The position numbers and the translations under genes are program-made. This document shows positions 8,178 through 18,123 of a DNA stretch of 43,037 nt, one piece after another (within the stretch, counting starts at the first letter, position 1; each line of letters begins with the position of its first letter). The stretch covers positions 1-43,037 of IMG/VR virus record IMGVR_UViG_3300049144_000060; one strand, 5' to 3'. Source of the stretch: a virus. Its lineage: Duplodnaviria; Caudoviricetes. Under the pieces are notes generated by a model, which saw only the letters and a program-made list of their open reading frames with translations, had not been told where the DNA came from and made no database searches.

Positions 8178-8211
8178 GCTCGGCCCAAAACCAGCAACCG
8201 CCACAATCATA
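8178..8211 (-). promoter_or_regulatory. late leader motif copy 1 (8178-8195) plus -10 TATGAT
   Basis: GCTGGTTTTGGGCCGAGC, 26 nt before ATG8151. Confidence 0.8.
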
Positions 8212-8251
8212 TGGTTCATCGAGCGCCGGTCCGACGACGCAGCGCAGGTCA

Positions 8252-8644
8252 TCACTGCACTGCGGTGTCCTCGTCCGCCGGGGTGTAGCGGGCCACTCGC
8301 GCGGCTACTTCCGCCGGCAGGAGCTTGACCAGCTCCAGGTATGTTTCCCGGGCTTGGGCTTGCTCCTGCGCGAGCTGCGCGGCCTCCCGGGCGGCTTGCT
8401 CTTCCTGCACGGCGGCTGTGGCCGCTTGGAACTCCTCTTCGGTGAGCCGTTCCGCGCCCTCCGGGGTGTGGACGTCTACGTCTCCGAACAGGGCTACCGT
8501 CCTCAGTCGACCGTCTGCCAGCCGGTAGTACCGCGTCACCAGGGTCGGGGGAGTTTCCTGCGGCGGCTCCTGCGGCCACGGCTCGTCCGGCGTAGGTTCC
8601 TGCGGCTCGTCCACCGGCTCACCTGTCGTGTCGTCCACGCTCAC
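8252..8644 (-). CDS. putative tail-fibre chaperone
   Basis: GTGA overlap with the stop of 8641..9483; similar to 6912..7229. Confidence 0.7.
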   Translation of the reverse strand: MSVDDTTGEPVDEPQEPTPDEPWPQEPPQETPPTLVTRYYRLADGRLRTVALFGDVDVHTPEGAERLTEEEFQAATAAVQEEQAAREAAQLAQEQAQARETYLELVKLLPAEVAARVARYTPADEDTAVQ

Positions 8645-9483
8645 TCCTGGGGGATAGAGAACAGCCACGCGCGCACGTTGGCTTGGATACGGGTGTACGT
8701 CGCGCCGCCGGCGCCGCGGTTCAGCGTGATCTGCATGGTGTGCGTGGTGGTGCCCCCCGCCGGCACCAACAAGTTGCTCATCACGCTGTGCTGGCTGTGC
8801 CAGAGGTTGATGGCCCCGCTGCCGGTGTTCCGCAGGTAGTTCACGTCGTCGGCGCCGATGGCGGAGGATGCTGCCCCGCCGTCCGCCGGCAGGTTGAAAA
8901 TCACGTCCACCTCTTGGTACAGCAGGGCGAACGCGGGCCGGCAGGGGTCCGGGTTGGGGATCTGCAGCGCGAGGGTGTCCACCACCGTCTCCGTCGACGG
9001 CACCGTCCGCGGGCTGGGCAGCAGTTCGTTGACGGACGCCTGCCGGAACGAGGACCGGAACGGGGGGTCCGTGCGCATCCGTCCGCTGACCGTGTCGCAG
9101 TAGACGTTTCCGCCGTTGGTGGCGATAGCGCACGTGTGCGGCCACGTCGCGGAGTTGACCCGCACCGGGCTGCCGCCCGAGCCGTCCCCGGTGAGCCCGC
9201 AGCCCGTGCTGACCGTGGCCGACCCCGTGGGCACGTACAAGCCGTTGGGGCGCCGCACCAGGTTGTTACCGGCGTCCTCCGACAGATCCACAGAGATCTG
9301 ACCGGTGGCCGGGTTGTACGTGATCCCGGACCCGTTGGACAGGCACTGCCGGACCTCCGCGCAGTTGGTGACCGCGCTGACCTCATACGGATTGGCCGTG
9401 GAGCCGGAGCCGGTGACCACCGTGTTGTCGCCGGCCTGGACGACGCAGTTGCACTGACTGCCGCCGCACTGGCACCTTGCCAT
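8641..9483 (-). CDS. minor tail/fibre protein B (paralogue of 7240..8151)
   Basis: GGAGG RBS; MARCQCGGSQCNC; colinear motifs NPDPCR, EVDV.F.LP, GGA.YT.IQ. Confidence 0.8.
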   Translation of the reverse strand: MARCQCGGSQCNCVVQAGDNTVVTGSGSTANPYEVSAVTNCAEVRQCLSNGSGITYNPATGQISVDLSEDAGNNLVRRPNGLYVPTGSATVSTGCGLTGDGSGGSPVRVNSATWPHTCAIATNGGNVYCDTVSGRMRTDPPFRSSFRQASVNELLPSPRTVPSTETVVDTLALQIPNPDPCRPAFALLYQEVDVIFNLPADGGAASSAIGADDVNYLRNTGSGAINLWHSQHSVMSNLLVPAGGTTTHTMQITLNRGAGGATYTRIQANVRAWLFSIPQE

Positions 9484-9509
9484 GCTGCCTCCGGGGAGGA
9501 GTACCCACG

Positions 9510-9542
9510 GCCCGGCCCAGAACCAGCAGCGCCCCAAGTCTA
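9510..9542 (-). promoter_or_regulatory. late leader motif copy 2 (9510-9527) plus -10 TAGACT
   Basis: GCTGGTTCTGGGCCGGGC, 26 nt before ATG9483. Confidence 0.8.
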
Positions 9543-9586
9543 GGCGCTGGGCATGCGTCCGGGGGGCCGCGCGCCCGGCGGGGCAC

Positions 9587-10309
9587 TCATCCGTACAGCT
9601 CGAGTAGCACGATGCCCGGCTGGCCCTCCTCGCCCGCGACGCTGCTGCCGTCTCGAGCGAGTCCACCGCCCGCGCCGCCGCCGTAGCCGCGGCCCGCATT
9701 ACTGCCGGTGGAGGCCCGCTGGATGCCGCCGTGCCCGAAGTAGGCTTCCCCGCCCACACCGGAAAGGCCGGTGGTGCCGTTGACGCGGAGCGCGCCGCCG
9801 CCCGCGCCGCCGCCCATGGCGATCTCCCCGGTGCCGGCATACGGTCCGGCGATACCGGAGAAAGCGATCGGGGTGGTGCCGCCCGTCATGACTGCCGGCC
9901 CCCCGGCCCCGCCGTTGGCCGTGGCGAAGCCACCGAAGGAGCTCGCGCCGCCGTCTCCGCCGTCGCGGGCCGAGGTGCCCGCAGCACCACCCCGGCCAAC
10001 GATCACTGTAGTGGTGGCGCCCAGGGAGGAGACGTCCACCATCGTCTCCGAGTAGCCGCCGCCGGCGCCGCCGGGTTGCGCTGCGAGCTGGTCCTGTCCG
10101 GCTGACGCGCCTGCGGAGCCGCCGCCGCCTGCCTGCACGCGAGCCCGCACCCGGGCCAGCCACGGATAGAGCCCCTTTTGGAACGTGTACGTGCCCGGGT
10201 CCCGGTACACGACGACGTCCCGTAGGCCCATCGTGCCCTTCCTGAGGCACAGTTCGCCGTTATCCGAATCGACTACGAAGTAATCGTCACATACGCACGC
10301 TCTAGCCAC
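9587..10309 (-). CDS. glycine-rich minor tail protein
   Basis: [46 protein letters not shown] glycine-rich domain. Confidence 0.8.
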   Translation of the reverse strand: MARACVCDDYFVVDSDNGELCLRKGTMGLRDVVVYRDPGTYTFQKGLYPWLARVRARVQAGGGGSAGASAGQDQLAAQPGGAGGGYSETMVDVSSLGATTTVIVGRGGAAGTSARDGGDGGASSFGGFATANGGAGGPAVMTGGTTPIAFSGIAGPYAGTGEIAMGGGAGGGALRVNGTTGLSGVGGEAYFGHGGIQRASTGSNAGRGYGGGAGGGLARDGSSVAGEEGQPGIVLLELYG

Positions 10310-10337
10310 TTACGCCCCGCATGTCTGTTTCAGCGGT

Positions 10338-10370
10338 GCCCGGCCCAAAACCAGCGACGCGAAAAGGGTA
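10338..10370 (-). promoter_or_regulatory. late leader motif copy 3 (10338-10355) plus -10 TACCCT
   Basis: GCTGGTTTTGGGCCGGGC, 28 nt before GTG10309. Confidence 0.8.
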
Positions 10371-10383
10371 GCCGCGCCTGCGG

Positions 10384-11016
10384 CTACCTCGCCGTCTCAC
10401 CGCAGGCAGTCACGTGCACCAGCACGCCGACGCCGACGGGCACGGCCGGTAGCAGCCCTAGACCAAGGAGCTGCTGCGTCTGCCAGACACGGACGACGGC
10501 ACGTGTTGCCGTGACCTCTTCGAGCGCGACGCTCACCGTGCGATCGTCGGCAGGATTCGGATCGACGGCGAGCGCGCTGATCACCGGCGGCGCAGCGAAC
10601 GGCTCGGCGAACGTCCACCTGGCGCGGCCGTCCGATGCCGTGACGACGACGGCCGCGGCCGGCGCTGCTCCGCGCGGACCCCGCTCGCCGGGCGGACCCT
10701 GCTCGCCCTGCTCACCGCGCGGACCCTGCTCGCCCTGCTCACCGCGCGGACCCTGCTCGCCCTGCTCACCGCGCGGACCCTGCTCGCCCTGCTCACCGCG
10801 CGGACCCTGCTCGCCCTGCTCACCGCGCGGACCCTGCTCGCCCTGCTCACCGCGCGGACCCCGCTCACCAGGCGGTCCGGGCGGACCCTGCTCGCCCTGC
10901 TCGCCGGGTCGGCCGGCCGTGCGCGCGGCCGTGCGCGCCTGCCGACTGAGGTCACGCAGGACGCCGCCCATCGGATTACCGGGCAGCCGCCGATGCGCCG
11001 ATCCTCTCGAAGCCAT
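10384..11016 (-). CDS. collagen-like minor tail protein
   Basis: (GPRGEQGEQ)6 then a beta-rich C-terminal domain ([13 protein letters not shown]). Confidence 0.8.
   Translation of the reverse strand: MASRGSAHRRLPGNPMGGVLRDLSRQARTAARTAGRPGEQGEQGPPGPPGERGPRGEQGEQGPRGEQGEQGPRGEQGEQGPRGEQGEQGPRGEQGEQGPRGEQGEQGPPGERGPRGAAPAAAVVVTASDGRARWTFAEPFAAPPVISALAVDPNPADDRTVSVALEEVTATRAVVRVWQTQQLLGLGLLPAVPVGVGVLVHVTACGETAR
10694..10855. repeat. 27-bp perfect tandem repeat x6
   Basis: GGACCCTGCTCGCCCTGCTCACCGCGC at 10694, 10721, 10748, 10775, 10802, 10829. Confidence 0.95.
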
Positions 11017-12041
11017 CAGTCCTCCAGCTCACTGCTCGCCGGCGCGAGCGTGACTTGAACGCTCTCGCCGTCGCCGTCCTCTTCGACTTTCACCCCGGCG
11101 ATCTTCAGCCGTTGCGTCAACGGCCGGCAGGTCGCCTGCGTCGCGACGTCGACGCACCAGCCGGGCACCAGCTTGGCGACGTCGACGGCCGCCTCCGGTG
11201 AAAGCGTCACCCGATCCGAGGAGAGGAAGACGGGCACCGGATAGTTCGCTGCGCGTCGGCTGCGCGCTGCGGCGAGCGCCGAGCCGCTCGTCTTGACGCT
11301 GGCCTCCTCGATGCTGCGCTCCAACAGCCCGTAGTAGGCATTTGCGCCGCCGGAGACGCCCTTCACGCCGCTCGCCTCGCCGCCGTGGACGATCACCCGC
11401 GTCGCGAGCTGCGAGCCGTCCTCGGCGACGATGAGCCCCTCGGGGAAGTCGGCGTCGGTCAAGACCCCGACGCTCGCCGACCACGTCTCCGGCATGAGCA
11501 CGATCGTCGAGCCGACGGCCGTGTAGTCGAGACCCGTGTCCGCCAGGTCGCGCAGATGGTCACCAGTCTGCCCCACGTCGCGCGTGTACTCGCGTCCCCC
11601 ATCGACTCCGGCGAGCCCGACCACCTGCACGTCGTGCCCCGGATCGTCCGGAGCGAAGCCGTCCTCGATCAGCCATGTCCCGATCGTCGTCAGATCCTCG
11701 TTCGCGAAGACGATCGATTCGTGCGGCACACGGCGATCGAGCCAGACGAGAATGTCGGACGCCCAAAGCTCGACCACTCCGAACGACCACTCCGCCTGGA
11801 TGATCGGCCCTTCCCAGACGGGCACGCCGTCACGGGCGATCGCGAGCTTGTGCCGCCAGGTGCGGACATTGCCGAGCGCGGCGCAGCAGTCGCCGTCCGG
11901 ATGGATAACGACGTGCGCCGTCGAGACGTCGTCGAGGATCCGACTCCACTCGACGGAGATCAGGACGTCGGCGGCCGCGACGATCGCCCCGTCACGATCG
12001 ACGATCATCGCAGTATGCGTGCCGCAGCCGGCCGTAGCCAT
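11016..12041 (-). CDS. minor tail protein (baseplate hub-like)
   Basis: [20 protein letters not shown]; second gene after tape measure. Confidence 0.75.
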   Translation of the reverse strand: MATAGCGTHTAMIVDRDGAIVAAADVLISVEWSRILDDVSTAHVVIHPDGDCCAALGNVRTWRHKLAIARDGVPVWEGPIIQAEWSFGVVELWASDILVWLDRRVPHESIVFANEDLTTIGTWLIEDGFAPDDPGHDVQVVGLAGVDGGREYTRDVGQTGDHLRDLADTGLDYTAVGSTIVLMPETWSASVGVLTDADFPEGLIVAEDGSQLATRVIVHGGEASGVKGVSGGANAYYGLLERSIEEASVKTSGSALAAARSRRAANYPVPVFLSSDRVTLSPEAAVDVAKLVPGWCVDVATQATCRPLTQRLKIAGVKVEEDGDGESVQVTLAPASSELED

Positions 12042-12065
12042 GAAGCCCCCACGAGAGCGAAGGAG

Positions 12066-12100
12066 GCCCGGCCCACAACCAGACGGCTACGAGCAGAGTA
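12066..12100 (-). promoter_or_regulatory. late leader motif copy 4 (12066-12083) plus -10 TACTCT
   Basis: TCTGGTTGTGGGCCGGGC, 24 nt before ATG12041. Confidence 0.8.
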
Positions 12101-12107
12101 CGGCGAC

Positions 12108-13451
12108 TCAGTAGCCGCGGCCGGTCACAGCGATCGAGACTGTCGCGTCGTCCGCCGGAGGCACGATCTCATCCGTCTCCAGGCAGACGACGAGCGTGCC
12201 GCAGTCGATCAAAGGCCAGGTCGACGGCGTGCCGTCGCGGCCCCATACGCTCGTCGACGTCTCGCAGGAGCCGCCGCACTCCACGACGGCGCGGCCAATC
12301 TGCCCGTCGAGGGTGAGCGTCCCGGACGCGGGCACGAACCCGACTTCGAACACGGCGAGCGGATCGCATCGCTTCTTGTCCGCGACCTGCCCGGCCGTCA
12401 AGCCGGCGTCAGCGTCCGAACGTTCATAGAGAGAGATCGTGAGCCGGCGCAGATCCTCACTGCCGGCGTAGACAGTGATCACCGGCACGTCCGAGGACCA
12501 GGCGGGCCGGCCCATCAAGTCAAGGTCGTAGCACTCCCGGTTCGTCGCGAGCGCCATGCAAAAGCACGACGCCGGTGAGGACGGCTGCGGAGGAGCCGGC
12601 GGCGCGCACGTCGGATCCGCGCAGGCGGCTCCGGCGTCCGGGCAGCCGCGCAGCCGGCAGCCGCCGGGCTGGCACTGCGGCACCCAGTCCGGGAGCGTGT
12701 CGCGGTGGATGCACCACTGGATGCATTCGCTGTCGTCGTCCGTCGGCACGTTGACGGAGAGGATCGGCACCTCGTCCGTCCACGCCCACGGCGTAGCCGC
12801 ACTGAGCACGAACTCGACGGTGAGGATGTCGGCACCGGAGGAGCATTGTCCGGCCGCGCAGGAGCCGTCGCCCTTGCGTGCGGTGACGGTCGGCCCCTGC
12901 ACGAGCGCGACGCGGCGGAACGTGCGCCGATGCCGCGCCAGGAACTCCGCCGGCTCCTGGTCCTCGCCGGGGCAGCAGTTGAACATCTGAACGCAGTCGC
13001 CGCCGCACGCCGAGCCGGTGCAGCCCTGCAGAGCCTCGGCGAGCCAGTGAAGCCCGTACTCGACGGCGCAGCACGTCGCACCCAAGAGGATGCCGGTCAC
13101 GGTGATCGTGCGGGGCTGCACACGTGCGGGCCCGAATGCGCCGCCGCCGACGACCGCGTTCGTCACTGAGCGGCGCACGGGGTAGTCATCGACGCCGTCG
13201 AAGGCGAGCGGAAGGAACCCGACGAACTGCGCCGACTCCGGCACGTCGACGTCGTACCAGGGCGCCGGACTGTCGGGGTCGTCCGGCGTCGTATACGGCG
13301 CATGATCGAAGACGTCGTTCGTCAGCGCCTCGCAGCCGCAGACGTCGTCGGCGCCCGACGTCAGCGGAGATCCGATCGTTGCCAGGTAGGCGCGCAGACG
13401 GGCCGTGTTGATGACCTCAATACCGCCTACCGAAAGGAAGTCGGAGAGCAC
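12108..13451 (-). CDS. minor tail protein (distal-tail-like), Cys-rich
   Basis: First gene after tape measure; RTITVTGIL, VEFVLSAATPW. Confidence 0.75.
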   Translation of the reverse strand: MLSDFLSVGGIEVINTARLRAYLATIGSPLTSGADDVCGCEALTNDVFDHAPYTTPDDPDSPAPWYDVDVPESAQFVGFLPLAFDGVDDYPVRRSVTNAVVGGGAFGPARVQPRTITVTGILLGATCCAVEYGLHWLAEALQGCTGSACGGDCVQMFNCCPGEDQEPAEFLARHRRTFRRVALVQGPTVTARKGDGSCAAGQCSSGADILTVEFVLSAATPWAWTDEVPILSVNVPTDDDSECIQWCIHRDTLPDWVPQCQPGGCRLRGCPDAGAACADPTCAPPAPPQPSSPASCFCMALATNRECYDLDLMGRPAWSSDVPVITVYAGSEDLRRLTISLYERSDADAGLTAGQVADKKRCDPLAVFEVGFVPASGTLTLDGQIGRAVVECGGSCETSTSVWGRDGTPSTWPLIDCGTLVVCLETDEIVPPADDATVSIAVTGRGY

Positions 13452-13475
13452 GAGCGGACTCCTGTGTCGGAGGAC

Positions 13476-13508
13476 GCCCGGCCCACAACCAGCGGCATCG
13501 TCAGCTTA
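13476..13508 (-). promoter_or_regulatory. late leader motif copy 5 (13476-13493) plus -10 TAAGCT
   Basis: GCTGGTTGTGGGCCGGGC, 24 nt before GTG13451. Confidence 0.8.
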
Positions 13509-13522
13509 CGGCCGGCTGCTGA

Positions 13523-16399
13523 TCAGCCCAGCGCGTAGGCCATCGCCATGCGTCGCATGACGCGGGCGGCGGTCGCCTCGCCGTCGCCGACTTCGTTGAT
13601 CGTCCAGTAGTTGGTGACGACGGGACCAGCCGCGCCGCCGCCACTGCCTCCGCTGTCGGTAGCAGCGCCGATGATGTTCATCAGCCCGGACCGCTCAGCC
13701 AGCTCCCGCGCCCGCCGCGGCTTCGTCAGCGGGATGACGACCTCCGGCCCGTCGCCCTCGCCGATCAACGCCACCGTCGGCCCGGTGACGATCCCACCGT
13801 TCGCCAGCCCCGGGATGGCGTTACGGATCGCGGACGGCAGGCTGTTGCGGATACGGGACGCGATACTTCCGCCGATGTCACCGATGGCATTCAGCAGCTT
13901 CCCCGGCAAATCCTGGAACATCGCCACCAGACTGGAGATGAGCGCGGACGCGGCACCGCGAGCCCGGGTGGCAGCAGTACGGATCGCACCGGCAATCCGG
14001 CCGCCCAGCCCGGACAAAGCGCCGCCAACACGGCCGATCATGCCTCGAAACAGGCCCACCACCCGAGAGATGGCACCGGAGACGACGGACGACGCGCGGG
14101 ACATCATCGCCGTGAACGCGGCCGGCAGCCGACCGGCCAGCGTCGTGACAATGCCGGTCACGCGCGTGAACATCGTGGAGAAGAACGTGCCGACGCGGGT
14201 CAGGGCCCCACCGACCCGCGCCGCCGCCGTCGTCACCGCCGCTCCCAGCCGGCCCATCCATCCGATGACCGTGCCCGTCGCCCTGCTGATGGCGAAAAAC
14301 TGTGCGATCACCGCGACCAGCGGCGCGACGAGCTGAATCAACGGCGTGATCAGCCGCAGTACCCACGCGATGAGCTGCCCCAGCAGCGAGACGATCGGCG
14401 TCAGCAGCGGCGCCAGCTGCACGAACACGTTGACGACCGGCATGAACGCCAGCGCCACCTGCACCAGCGCCGGAGCCAGCGCCGTCAGGATCGGCGACAG
14501 AGCCTGAACGATCGGGATGAGTGCCTGCCCGAGTGCCATACCGAGCTGGAGAACTGGCTGGAGCAACTGCATGAGCACCGGAACGAGCGCGGTGAACACG
14601 GGCAAAAGGGCCGCTGACAGGGTCGACACCAGTTGCGTGACGACCGGCACGAACTGCTGGAACGCCGCGATGATCGGCTGGATCAAAGGGGTGAGGGCGG
14701 CGAGGATCGGCGCGAGCGCGGACGCGAACGCTGCCGCGAGCTGACCGACGATCGGCAGCAGCGGCGCCAGCGCGGCGAGGATCTGCCCGATCGCAGCGCC
14801 GAGCGGAGCGAGTGATGGACCCACCGCGGCGAACGCCTGCGCGAGGCCCTGCGCGACCGCTTGAATCCCCGGCATGATCGCCGCGATCGCCGGACCGAGC
14901 GCATTGATCACACCGACGATCGCCGGACCGAGGGCGGTGAGGATCGGACCGATCGCGGGAGCTATCGCACCTACCTGCGTCACCAGAGCAGCGAAGATCG
15001 GCCCGAGCTGCGCGGCGACCTGCGCCAGCGTCCGGAAAATGTTCGTCAGCGCCTCCTGACCGGCTGCGGAGTTGACGAACCGGTCAAAGCTGGCCGTGAT
15101 CGTCTCCAGGTTCCCCAGGAACCCGCCCCCCGCAGCAGACGCGGCCTCGAAAACCCCGGAGAGAACGCCCCCGACGTTGGACGCGATCCGCCCGAGCTGC
15201 GCGAACACGTCCAGCGCCGACCGGACCGCTTCCACGGCCTGCCCAGAGGCCGCCATCGTGGACAGCCACGTCCCGAACTGCGCGCCGAGTTGCCCGATCT
15301 GCGCACCAACCCCCGCGCCGAACGCGGTAGCAATAGCGGCACCGATGTCCAAGAAGCCCTTTGCCAAAGGAGCCACAGCCGTCTGGAGACCCGAAGCGGC
15401 CTGCGCCGTACCCTGCAAAAGCGCCCGGATCGGTGCCGCGGCCTGCGCGGACGCAGCGAACTTCAGGCCCGCGGCAGCGGCCTCGCCGAATTCCGCGGCG
15501 ATCCCGGCCAGGCCCGTGCGGAGCGGGCCCCCCAGGGCCTTCGCCGCGGAGGTGATCTGCCCCTCGAACTGCTTAAAGAAGGAGTCTTGAACGCTGGTCC
15601 GTAGCTCCTCAAACGCCGGCTTGAGGGCGCGGATCTCCTTCGCCGCGGCCTGCGCGGCCGGGGACAGGTCCTCCAGGGCCTCCGTGAACTCCTCGGCCGT
15701 CCCGGTGAGCGCGGCCTCGAACGCCTCTTGGACGCCCAGTAGCGCGATCTTGAGGGCGCCTAGCGCGGCCTGCCACCCGAGGATGAGCGCCGGGTATGCG
15801 GCGATGATCCCGGCCGCCGGAGCGAGCGCGGCCGTCAACGCGACCACGCCCTGCGCAGCACTTGCGGCGGCGATCCCGACCGCGCCGAAGCGCAGCAGCG
15901 AGCCGAGCATGGAGCCGACGCGGCCAGCGATCCCACCGAGACCGGCGAGTGCACTACTGAGCCGATCCGTATCGACGTCGGCATTCACCGTGACGTCCGG
16001 GGGGCTGTGGCCGCGGATCCGCGCGTCGAAGTCGCTCAGGTCCGGGACAACGCGGATGCTCACCTCTTCGCCGGCAAGCGCGGCACGCAGCCGCGTCATG
16101 AACTCGTCGAGATCCGGCGCGACGGGGATATTCAGTGAGTCAATCCCGCTCAGGCCAGCGAGGAGCTGCGCGTCGAAGCGCGAGAGATCCGGATCGACAC
16201 GGACGCTCACCGACGCAGCGGAAAGACCCCGCTGAATGTTCTGCCGAATCCTGTCGCCGGCGTTGCGCGTCGCGCGGACTAGTGCGCGCTGGATACGGAG
16301 CCCGAGGTCGCGTGACTCCTGGACGATCTCGCTGTCGTCGAGCGTGATCGTTATGCGGGCGGACCCGTAGTCCTCGCTGTCGCCGGCCGGAGTGGTCAC
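13523..16399 (-). CDS. tape measure protein (958 aa)
   Basis: Long Ala/Leu-rich helical protein with Pro-spaced repeats; C-terminal ANGGIV.GPT.ALIGE..GPEVVIPL; follows the chaperones. Confidence 0.92.
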   Translation of the reverse strand: MTTPAGDSEDYGSARITITLDDSEIVQESRDLGLRIQRALVRATRNAGDRIRQNIQRGLSAASVSVRVDPDLSRFDAQLLAGLSGIDSLNIPVAPDLDEFMTRLRAALAGEEVSIRVVPDLSDFDARIRGHSPPDVTVNADVDTDRLSSALAGLGGIAGRVGSMLGSLLRFGAVGIAAASAAQGVVALTAALAPAAGIIAAYPALILGWQAALGALKIALLGVQEAFEAALTGTAEEFTEALEDLSPAAQAAAKEIRALKPAFEELRTSVQDSFFKQFEGQITSAAKALGGPLRTGLAGIAAEFGEAAAAGLKFAASAQAAAPIRALLQGTAQAASGLQTAVAPLAKGFLDIGAAIATAFGAGVGAQIGQLGAQFGTWLSTMAASGQAVEAVRSALDVFAQLGRIASNVGGVLSGVFEAASAAGGGFLGNLETITASFDRFVNSAAGQEALTNIFRTLAQVAAQLGPIFAALVTQVGAIAPAIGPILTALGPAIVGVINALGPAIAAIMPGIQAVAQGLAQAFAAVGPSLAPLGAAIGQILAALAPLLPIVGQLAAAFASALAPILAALTPLIQPIIAAFQQFVPVVTQLVSTLSAALLPVFTALVPVLMQLLQPVLQLGMALGQALIPIVQALSPILTALAPALVQVALAFMPVVNVFVQLAPLLTPIVSLLGQLIAWVLRLITPLIQLVAPLVAVIAQFFAISRATGTVIGWMGRLGAAVTTAAARVGGALTRVGTFFSTMFTRVTGIVTTLAGRLPAAFTAMMSRASSVVSGAISRVVGLFRGMIGRVGGALSGLGGRIAGAIRTAATRARGAASALISSLVAMFQDLPGKLLNAIGDIGGSIASRIRNSLPSAIRNAIPGLANGGIVTGPTVALIGEGDGPEVVIPLTKPRRARELAERSGLMNIIGAATDSGGSGGGAAGPVVTNYWTINEVGDGEATAARVMRRMAMAYALG

Positions 16400-16427
16400 C
16401 GGGCACCCTCACGAAGTCGTGAATGGT

Positions 16428-16445
16428 GCCCGGCCCAGAACCAGA
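16428..16445 (-). promoter_or_regulatory. late leader motif copy 6
   Basis: TCTGGTTCTGGGCCGGGC, 28 nt before GTG16399; TAACCT at 16489-16484 beyond an intervening hairpin. Confidence 0.8.
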
Positions 16446-16486
16446 CGGCGAGCGGCAGCACGCGCGGCGCTGCCTTGTTTCTCAGG

Positions 16487-16809
16487 TTAGCCGCTGCGAC
16501 GGCTTGCGAGCTGTGCGTCTTCCGCCGCGACCTGCGCCATCAGCGCTCGCGCCTGGCCTGCGTCGACGCGTGCTGCGGCCGGTCGGCCGCGAGCTCGTTC
16601 ACCGCGAGGCGGCGCGTACAGCTTCGCGCGGATGCGCTGCCGCTCGGCGTCGTCCTCCGAAGACATCTCCATCGCGACCTCGGCCGCCGCGAGCATGGTG
16701 CTCAGCGTCCACGTGTGCGGGTCGACGCCTTGGAGGGCGAGGTGGCCGACCCACGAGTCCCACGACTCGGCGATACTGCCGCAGAGCCGCTGGACGACCC
16801 AGTAGGGCG
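16487..16809 (-). CDS. tail assembly chaperone, frameshifted C-terminal extension (gpGT-like)
   Basis: -1 frame PYWVVQRL...KLYAPP overlapping the upstream chaperone at CGC CCT AC. Confidence 0.7.
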
Positions 16810-17127
16810 GGCGCCGTACTGCTCCACCGTCCACTCCAGGAGGTCTACCAGGATTCGGTCGGGCAGGCGGGTTTGGGCGAAGATGTCGCGGGATTCGGGG
16901 AGCATGAAGCTAGAGAGGAAGTCGCGCAGCGCGTTGGTGACTTTGCGGATTTCCGCCGGGTCTGCGTTAGCCGGGTCGTCGGCCTTGGCTTCCTTCTGCA
17001 CAGTGCGCAGCTTCTCGTAGGCGTCAAGAAACTGGTCCCCGTACACCTCGGCCTGAAAAAGCAGCTTGGTGTCGCCGATCTCGGCGACGTGGGGTTCGGT
17101 GTTCAACGCGAACTTGCGAGTGGCCAC
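16702..17127 (-). CDS. tail assembly chaperone (gpG-like)
   Basis: GTG start; ends ...EQYGARPT plus a Ser-rich tail; precedes tape measure. Confidence 0.8.
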   Translation of the reverse strand: MATRKFALNTEPHVAEIGDTKLLFQAEVYGDQFLDAYEKLRTVQKEAKADDPANADPAEIRKVTNALRDFLSSFMLPESRDIFAQTRLPDRILVDLLEWTVEQYGARPTGSSSGSAAVSPSRGTRGSATSPSKASTRTRGR

Positions 17128-17153
17128 AGGTCTTTCCCTGTCTCCCGTTCCTC

Positions 17154-17188
17154 GCCCGGCCCACAACCAGCAGCGCACTACGAGGGTA
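17154..17188 (-). promoter_or_regulatory. late leader motif copy 7 (17154-17171) plus -10 TACCCT
   Basis: GCTGGTTGTGGGCCGGGC, 26 nt before GTG17127. Confidence 0.8.
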
Positions 17189-17223
17189 GCCGCAGGTGCA
17201 GCAGGACAAGGAACGGAACGGCA

Positions 17224-18123
17224 TCACACTCTGACGGCTGGGTGGTTGTCGACAAGGTCCAGCACTAGGGGCAAGACGTGCACGGAGAAGTACTCGCGGC
17301 CTCGAAGTGGCTCCTCTCGGGCGTCGCGAAGCGCGGCGAGCACATTGCGTTCGATCCCTCGCGCGGCATCGCCAGGCAAGCCTCGATGCAGGCGCACGAC
17401 GCTGTGGAGGCCGTCCCGAGCATGGTTCTGGAGTCGCGGGCGCGGGTCTCCAGACGTGACCCCGATCTTCACCACAGAGCCACTCGTGACGACGTAGAAC
17501 ACGTCCCAGATGCGTCCCTTGCACTTGTGGCACGGGCCTTTACCCGATGCGATATGCGTCGGCGTGGGACGGCACTGATGTCCTTCCTTGCAAAGCACAC
17601 GGTGCGGCTTGTGGGCCCCTAACCAAGCAGGTTCAAGCAAGGTTGCGCCGAGCTCCGCGATACGCGCCTGGAAGGCTTCCCACGCGGCTGCCGGGTCGTT
17701 CCCTCCGCAGGTGCGGCAGATACCGACGCCCTCTGCGACGCGCGCCGGGTACGGGTGGCCGATGTGCCCGTATCGACACCGAACTTTGTGCGGCTTGAGG
17801 ATGCCTCGCCACTCAGTTTCAAGTACCTCGCCACCGAGTTGCTCAACCCGTGCGCGGAACGCGGCCTCCGTGACCGCCGGATCGTTCCCTGCGCACGTCC
17901 GGCACATGCCCCGCCCAGGGCGGCGAAGATCATTGGGGCGAGGTTTGCACTCGTGGCCTTTCGAACAGACAGCACGGTGCGGTTGCCCTGCCCCGAGCCA
18001 CTCCGGTTCCAGCACGATGCCGCCAAGTTGTGCGACGCGTGCCCGAAAATCCGCCTCCGCGCGCAGGGACTTTGGCTGCCTTGATCTGCTACTGCTCGGC
18101 ACTTTTGTCGTACTCTCGGCCAT
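17224..18123 (-). CDS. zinc-ribbon-repeat, GIY-YIG/T5orf172-like endonuclease (putative homing endonuclease)
   Basis: AAGGAG RBS; three F.AR...LG...LE..W.G...PH...C..GH...P.P.....G.G.C..C repeats; FYVV...VKIGVT..P..RL...E...EYF. Confidence 0.7.
   Translation of the reverse strand: MAESTTKVPSSSRSRQPKSLRAEADFRARVAQLGGIVLEPEWLGAGQPHRAVCSKGHECKPRPNDLRRPGRGMCRTCAGNDPAVTEAAFRARVEQLGGEVLETEWRGILKPHKVRCRYGHIGHPYPARVAEGVGICRTCGGNDPAAAWEAFQARIAELGATLLEPAWLGAHKPHRVLCKEGHQCRPTPTHIASGKGPCHKCKGRIWDVFYVVTSGSVVKIGVTSGDPRPRLQNHARDGLHSVVRLHRGLPGDAARGIERNVLAALRDAREEPLRGREYFSVHVLPLVLDLVDNHPAVRV

Noticed and set aside
10694-10855. 27-bp repeats as CRISPR
   Set aside because: Head-to-tail with no spacers and in frame as Gly-X-Y.
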